Positions 59,672 to 64,000 of a DNA stretch of 64,000 nt are shown piece by piece. The first letter of the stretch is position 1. The number at the start of each line of letters is the position of its first letter. The DNA comes from Clostridia bacterium (GTDB lineage Bacteria; Bacillota; Clostridia; Christensenellales; CAG-917), in contig JAQUST010000007.1 of NCBI GenBank assembly GCA_028710495.1, positions 2,393-66,392 on the forward strand, in the 5' to 3' direction. The notes beneath the pieces are model-generated. The model worked only from the letters and a program-made list of their open reading frames with translations. It did not search any database and had not been told where the DNA came from. Both the position numbers and the translations under genes were made by a program.

Positions 59672-61897
59672 TTGCAGGTAGCAGGAGAAATTACAAATAT
59701 CATATTCCGTAGTGAGGAAACGGGTTACACCGTTATTGATTTGAAATGCAGCGGCGGTGAGACAATCACCGCTGTTGGTATATTTCCGCCCGTAAGCGAC
59801 GGAGAAATGCTTGTGCTTGAGGGCGAGTACAAGATGAAAACGAAGTTTGGCAATCAACTTGTTGTGGAAAAAGTGTCGGTTTCTGCGCCAACAAGACTTG
59901 ACAGCATAAAGCGATTTTTGGCTAGTGGACTTATCAAAGGCTTGGGTTCTGTGACTGCGAGCGCAATTGTTGATATGTTCGGAATAAATTCGCTTCAAAA
60001 GATGAACCTCCCGTTCGAACTTCACAAAGTGAGAGGAGTTTCACTAAAAAAAGCGACTGAATTTGGTTTGCAATATTCAAAAATTCTTAATATGCAAGAA
60101 ACGGTTATGTTTTTGCAGGATTTGGGACTCACAATAAATATGGCTCTCAAAATATATAAGGTATTTGAAGAGAAAACAAAAGATGTAGTCACGAAAAATC
60201 CTTATGTATTAATTGATAGTATTGAAAGAATAGGTTTTGCAACGGCAGACAAAATTGCTGCAAATATTGGAATTTCCAAAGGTAGTGACAAAAGAATAAG
60301 CGCGGGTATTACATATTTGCTTAAAGATTCCGCACAGAGACAAGGCAACACTTATCTTCCTGAAGACGAGCTAATTTCGCAAGCAATTCAACTTCTACAA
60401 TTAGATGACGATGAGCCAGACCGAAGAATTCGTGATAATATTGGCGATATGATTTTGCTGGGTCAGCTAAAACGAATTGATACAGGTGAACATATAGCAC
60501 TGATGCTCATCAAAAATTATATTGTTGAAAAAAGTATATCCGCAAAGCTGATTGAGCTATCGCGTGACACATTAAATTTTGTTGCTGATGCCGACTCTGA
60601 AATCAAAAGGTTTGAAGATGAAGTCGGAATTGTTTTGCATAAAAATCAAAGACAAGCCGTGAAAGACGCAATAGAAAATGGCATTGCGATTGTCACAGGT
60701 GGTCCGGGAACAGGTAAAACAACGATAGTTAAATGCATTTTACACGCGTTTAGAAATATGAAACAACGGGTAACACTTTGTGCTCCGACTGGTCGTGCAG
60801 CAAAACGACTTTCCGAAGCAACAGGCGAAGATGCACGAACAATACACCGTATGCTCGACCTCGAATGGGGTGATGGAAACGGAGTGTTCACTTACAATGA
60901 AATGAAAAAACTTCCACTTGATGTAATCATCGTTGATGAAGTCAGTATGGTGGATGAATATGTGTTCAACGCGCTTCTGCGTGTACTCGAGCGTGGAACA
61001 AGAATTGTGCTTGTTGGTGACAAGGACCAACTTCCAAGCGTTGGCGCAGGAAATATTTTGTCTGATGTGATAGGATGCGGGCAATTTTCAGTCAGCTATC
61101 TTACACAAATTTATCGACAATCTGAAGATAGCAGTATAGTGGTCTCCGCCCACGCTATCAACAATGGAGAAATGCCGGATTTGACAAACAAATCAAGAGA
61201 TTTTTTCTATGAAGAAAAGGATAATGCTGAGCAAATCCGTGACACTGTTTTGTCGCTTTGCACGCAACGACTGCCAGAATTTTTGAATATTTCGCCAAAG
61301 GACATTCAACTGCTTTCTCCAATGAAGCGGGGATATGCAGGTGTCGAAAATCTCAATCGCGAAATGCAGAAGGCTCTCAATCCTTTTGCTTATGGCAAAC
61401 GAGAAATGAAATTTGGAGATACGGTGTTTCGTGAAGGCGATAAAGTTATGCAGACAGTCAACAACTATAAGCAGGAATGGACTGTAGAAATTGATGGACA
61501 CAGCGAGCGTGGAGTTGGTGTTTTCAATGGAGATGTTGGTTATATAGATAGCATAAATATGCAAATTCAACAGTTTACCGTGCGTTTTGATGATGATAAA
61601 GTGGCTATTTATGCAATTGCAAGCTTGGAACAGTTAGTGCTTGCGTATGCTGTCACTATACATAAATCTCAAGGAAGTGAGTTCGACACAGTGGTTATTG
61701 CACTCGATGCTAATTATATGTTGCTCACGAGAAATCTGCTTTACACTGCGGTCACAAGAGCCAAAAATATGGTGGTCATAGTGGGCGCAAAGAAAACATT
61801 GAAATTTATGATAAGCAATAATCAGACAGCAAAGAGATACAGCCTGCTTTCATATTTGATAAATGCAGAGTCAAAAAAGCAAGAGATTTTTGACTGA
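59672..61897 (+). CDS. recD2: RecD2-type SF1B ATP-dependent DNA helicase
   Basis: TTG start after an AGGAGA SD. N-terminal OB/HhH region, Walker A GGPGTGKTT, IVDEVSMV, and QLPSVGAGN. Confidence 0.9.
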   Translation: MQVAGEITNIIFRSEETGYTVIDLKCSGGETITAVGIFPPVSDGEMLVLEGEYKMKTKFGNQLVVEKVSVSAPTRLDSIKRFLASGLIKGLGSVTASAIVDMFGINSLQKMNLPFELHKVRGVSLKKATEFGLQYSKILNMQETVMFLQDLGLTINMALKIYKVFEEKTKDVVTKNPYVLIDSIERIGFATADKIAANIGISKGSDKRISAGITYLLKDSAQRQGNTYLPEDELISQAIQLLQLDDDEPDRRIRDNIGDMILLGQLKRIDTGEHIALMLIKNYIVEKSISAKLIELSRDTLNFVADADSEIKRFEDEVGIVLHKNQRQAVKDAIENGIAIVTGGPGTGKTTIVKCILHAFRNMKQRVTLCAPTGRAAKRLSEATGEDARTIHRMLDLEWGDGNGVFTYNEMKKLPLDVIIVDEVSMVDEYVFNALLRVLERGTRIVLVGDKDQLPSVGAGNILSDVIGCGQFSVSYLTQIYRQSEDSSIVVSAHAINNGEMPDLTNKSRDFFYEEKDNAEQIRDTVLSLCTQRLPEFLNISPKDIQLLSPMKRGYAGVENLNREMQKALNPFAYGKREMKFGDTVFREGDKVMQTVNNYKQEWTVEIDGHSERGVGVFNGDVGYIDSINMQIQQFTVRFDDDKVAIYAIASLEQLVLAYAVTIHKSQGSEFDTVVIALDANYMLLTRNLLYTAVTRAKNMVVIVGAKKTLKFMISNNQTAKRYSLLSYLINAESKKQEIFD

Positions 61898-61951
61898 TAT
61901 AATCATCGAATAGCATCAAATTGCTATAATCATCGCATTACATCAAGCTAA
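61898..61951. repeat. 27-bp tandem repeat x2 (plus a degenerate third), each beginning TATAAT
   Basis: TATAATCATCGAATAGCATCAAATTGC, then TATAATCATCGCATTACATCAAGCTAA, then TATAATAGTC... Confidence 0.8.
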
Positions 61952-62059
61952 TATAATAGTCAAAACAAAGTATACAAATGCCAATAATAATGAAGCGAAA
62001 AATCACTTAAAATATAAAGTGAAATAAACATCGTTTATTAATCAAAGTTGAGATAACAA

Positions 62060-62881
62060 GTGAGTGAATTGATAAATACAAAATCGAATATATCTGAAAG
62101 TTCTCAGAGCGAACAGAACTCTGAAAGCGCTTCTCGCAGAAAATTTTCAAAAGTACTGAAAAATCTATGGAATGCTTTTTTGAAAACCCTTTTTCCGCCG
62201 AAAGTCGCTTGTGACAGTTGCGGATTGGAACTTGTGGCGGACACCCGATATAATCTCTGTTCAAGCTGCATCGAAAAACTGCCATTCAACAACGGAAAGG
62301 TGTGCGCGGTCTGCGGAACGCCGATTGATGACGAAGCGGATTACTGTATCCGCTGTCAAAATACCGAAAGCAGTTTTGAAAAAAACCGTTCTCCTTTGGT
62401 TTATCAAGCTGAAACGGCAAAATTGATATTGTCATTGAAGTTTGGAGGAAAGAAATATTTGGTGGATACTTTGTCTGCGCTTATGGCAGATACATTCATT
62501 GATAATAGGCTTATAGCGGATGTGCTGGTTTATGTGCCTATGACAAATCTTGAGCGCAAGAAACGCGGTTTTAATCAATCCGAGCTTCTTGCTGTAGAAA
62601 TTGGGAAAAGGCTCGAAATCCCTGTCTGTAAAGGACTTTTGAAAGTTAAAGAAACTTCTTTGCAAAAAGAGCTTTCAGCAAAAGAAAGAGCGGAAAATCT
62701 TGCGGGAGCGTTTCTTGCAGTTCCAGAGTTTGTGAAAGGTCAATCCATTGTATTGATAGATGATGTTTTCACGACAGGAAGCACTGCAAACGAATGTGCA
62801 AAAGCATTGCTCAAAGCAAGAGCAAAACGAGTGAATGTGCTGACTGCAGCAGTCACAAAGCAAAGAATATTTATGGAATAA
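62060..62881 (+). CDS. comFC: ComF family protein (ComFC-like phosphoribosyltransferase)
   Basis: Double CxxC zinc-finger region (CDSCG...CSSC; CAVCG...CIRC) and a PRTase motif VLIDDVFTTGST. The start is uncertain: GTG 62060 has no SD, and a downstream TTG is possible. Confidence 0.8.
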   Translation: MSELINTKSNISESSQSEQNSESASRRKFSKVLKNLWNAFLKTLFPPKVACDSCGLELVADTRYNLCSSCIEKLPFNNGKVCAVCGTPIDDEADYCIRCQNTESSFEKNRSPLVYQAETAKLILSLKFGGKKYLVDTLSALMADTFIDNRLIADVLVYVPMTNLERKKRGFNQSELLAVEIGKRLEIPVCKGLLKVKETSLQKELSAKERAENLAGAFLAVPEFVKGQSIVLIDDVFTTGSTANECAKALLKARAKRVNVLTAAVTKQRIFME

Positions 62882-63055
62882 CTTGTATTATAGCGATGTG
62901 TATAGTAAAATAGTTGAATAGGTCTACAAAAAAGTGTTTCAAAAAAAGCTTTAATGACTTTATATCAATAAGAACAATAGAAGAACATTTAAGTAAAAGC
63001 AACTGAATTATAGAGAAGATACAAAAATTGCAAGGCTAAACTAAGTGAGGTAAAT

Positions 63056-64000
63056 ATGGGACTTTTTTCAAGTGAAAACGACAAACAAATAAAGAAATTG
63101 AAAAAGACCGCCGATAAGGTGGAATTGCTCGCTCCAAAATATGAAGCAATGAGCAACGAAGAACTGAAAGCGGTGACCGATATTTTGAAATCAAGACTCC
63201 AAAACGGAGAAACTCTTGAAGAGCTACTGCCAGATGCGTTCGCTTTAGTACGCGAGGCGTCAACCCGTGTTTTGAATATGAGACACTATCCAGTTCAGAT
63301 TATCGGTGGCATTGTTCTTCATCAAGGCAGAATCGCTGAAATGGGAACAGGCGAAGGCAAAACCCTTGTGGCGACGCTTCCAGCATATTTGAATGCTTTG
63401 ACTGAAAAGGGAGTTCACATTGTCACGGTAAACGATTATCTTGCCAAGCGTGATGCGCTTTGGATGGGCAAAGTTTATCAGTTTTTAGGTTTGAGTGTCG
63501 GTATTGTTTATCCACAAATGCCACAGGCAGAAAAGAAAGCGGCATATAATTGCGACATAACATATTGCACAAACAATGAATTAGGTTTTGATTTCTTGCG
63601 AGACAATATGGTCGTGAGGAAACAGGACAAAGTGCTTCGCGAGTTGAATTTCGCAGTTATAGATGAAGTAGACAGCATATTGATTGATGAAGCCAGAACA
63701 CCTCTTATTATTTCAGGTCGCGGCGGAAAATCCAGTGAACTGTATAAAAGCGCAAACTCTTTTGCAAAAGGCTTGAATGAAGGTGTAGATTTCACTATTG
63801 AAGAAAAAGAAAAGACCATTATGCTTACCGATATCAGCACCGATGAAAAAGGTGTTGAAACTGCGGGCGGGCTTGTGAAAGCAGAAAAATATTTCCATAT
63901 TGACAATCTTTCTGATATTGAAAATTCAGAACTAAATCATCATATTATACAGGCACTCAAAGCAAATTTCATGATGAAGCGCGACCGTGATTACATTGTT
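63056..64000 (+). CDS. secA: Preprotein translocase ATPase SecA (N-terminal 315 codons; continues past the window)
   Basis: Not in the ORF track because it is open at the edge. My translation reads [17 protein letters not shown]...[41 protein letters not shown]...[20 protein letters not shown] upstream. Confidence 0.95.
   Translation, partial: MGLFSSENDKQIKKLKKTADKVELLAPKYEAMSNEELKAVTDILKSRLQNGETLEELLPDAFALVREASTRVLNMRHYPVQIIGGIVLHQGRIAEMGTGEGKTLVATLPAYLNALTEKGVHIVTVNDYLAKRDALWMGKVYQFLGLSVGIVYPQMPQAEKKAAYNCDITYCTNNELGFDFLRDNMVVRKQDKVLRELNFAVIDEVDSILIDEARTPLIISGRGGKSSELYKSANSFAKGLNEGVDFTIEEKEKTIMLTDISTDEKGVETAGGLVKAEKYFHIDNLSDIENSELNHHIIQALKANFMMKRDRDYIV

Overview
AT-rich, Firmicutes/Clostridia-type chromosomal window made up almost entirely of core housekeeping genes. 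I call 44 CDSs. Two run off the window edges and are missing from the ORF track: a UPF0210 gene at the left edge and secA at the right edge. Main blocks, in order:
- ACT/UPF0210 pair, split transketolase, greA-lysS.
- A PRC-barrel/M1-peptidase operon divergent from a cwlD-like amidase.
- M20 dipeptidase, radC-gltX, a large membrane-anchored S8 protease, veg, a SPOCS/LysM protein, ispE.
- A glycogen cluster (glgB-C-D-A-P, a GH13 enzyme, an MFS transporter).
- A ComEC-like MBL protein, nrdD and nrdG, a ProB-like kinase.
- ecfA1-ecfA2-ecfT-truA, PFOR, rqcP-ispDF, then rpoB-rpoC-metK-recD2-comFC-secA.

Sporulation-type markers (cwlD, SPOCS/LysM, veg, glgBCDAP) suggest a spore-former. I saw no tRNA, rRNA, CRISPR array, transposase, integrase or phage genes, and no convincing novel multi-gene system.

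The most unusual items are small-scale:
- A three-box DnaA cluster upstream of the amidase.
- Tandem NrdR boxes at nrdD.
- Two candidate leaderless mRNAs (veg, ecfA1).
- A Shine-Dalgarno (SD)-sequestering alternative-helix leader at ispE.
- metK overlapping the rpoC stop, which leaves no room for a riboswitch.
- An S8 protease with a cytoplasmic zinc ribbon.
- An orphan ProB-like kinase preceded by a degenerate repeat array.
- Several other intergenic tandem repeats.

All functional calls rest on motif and family recognition by eye, not on database searches.
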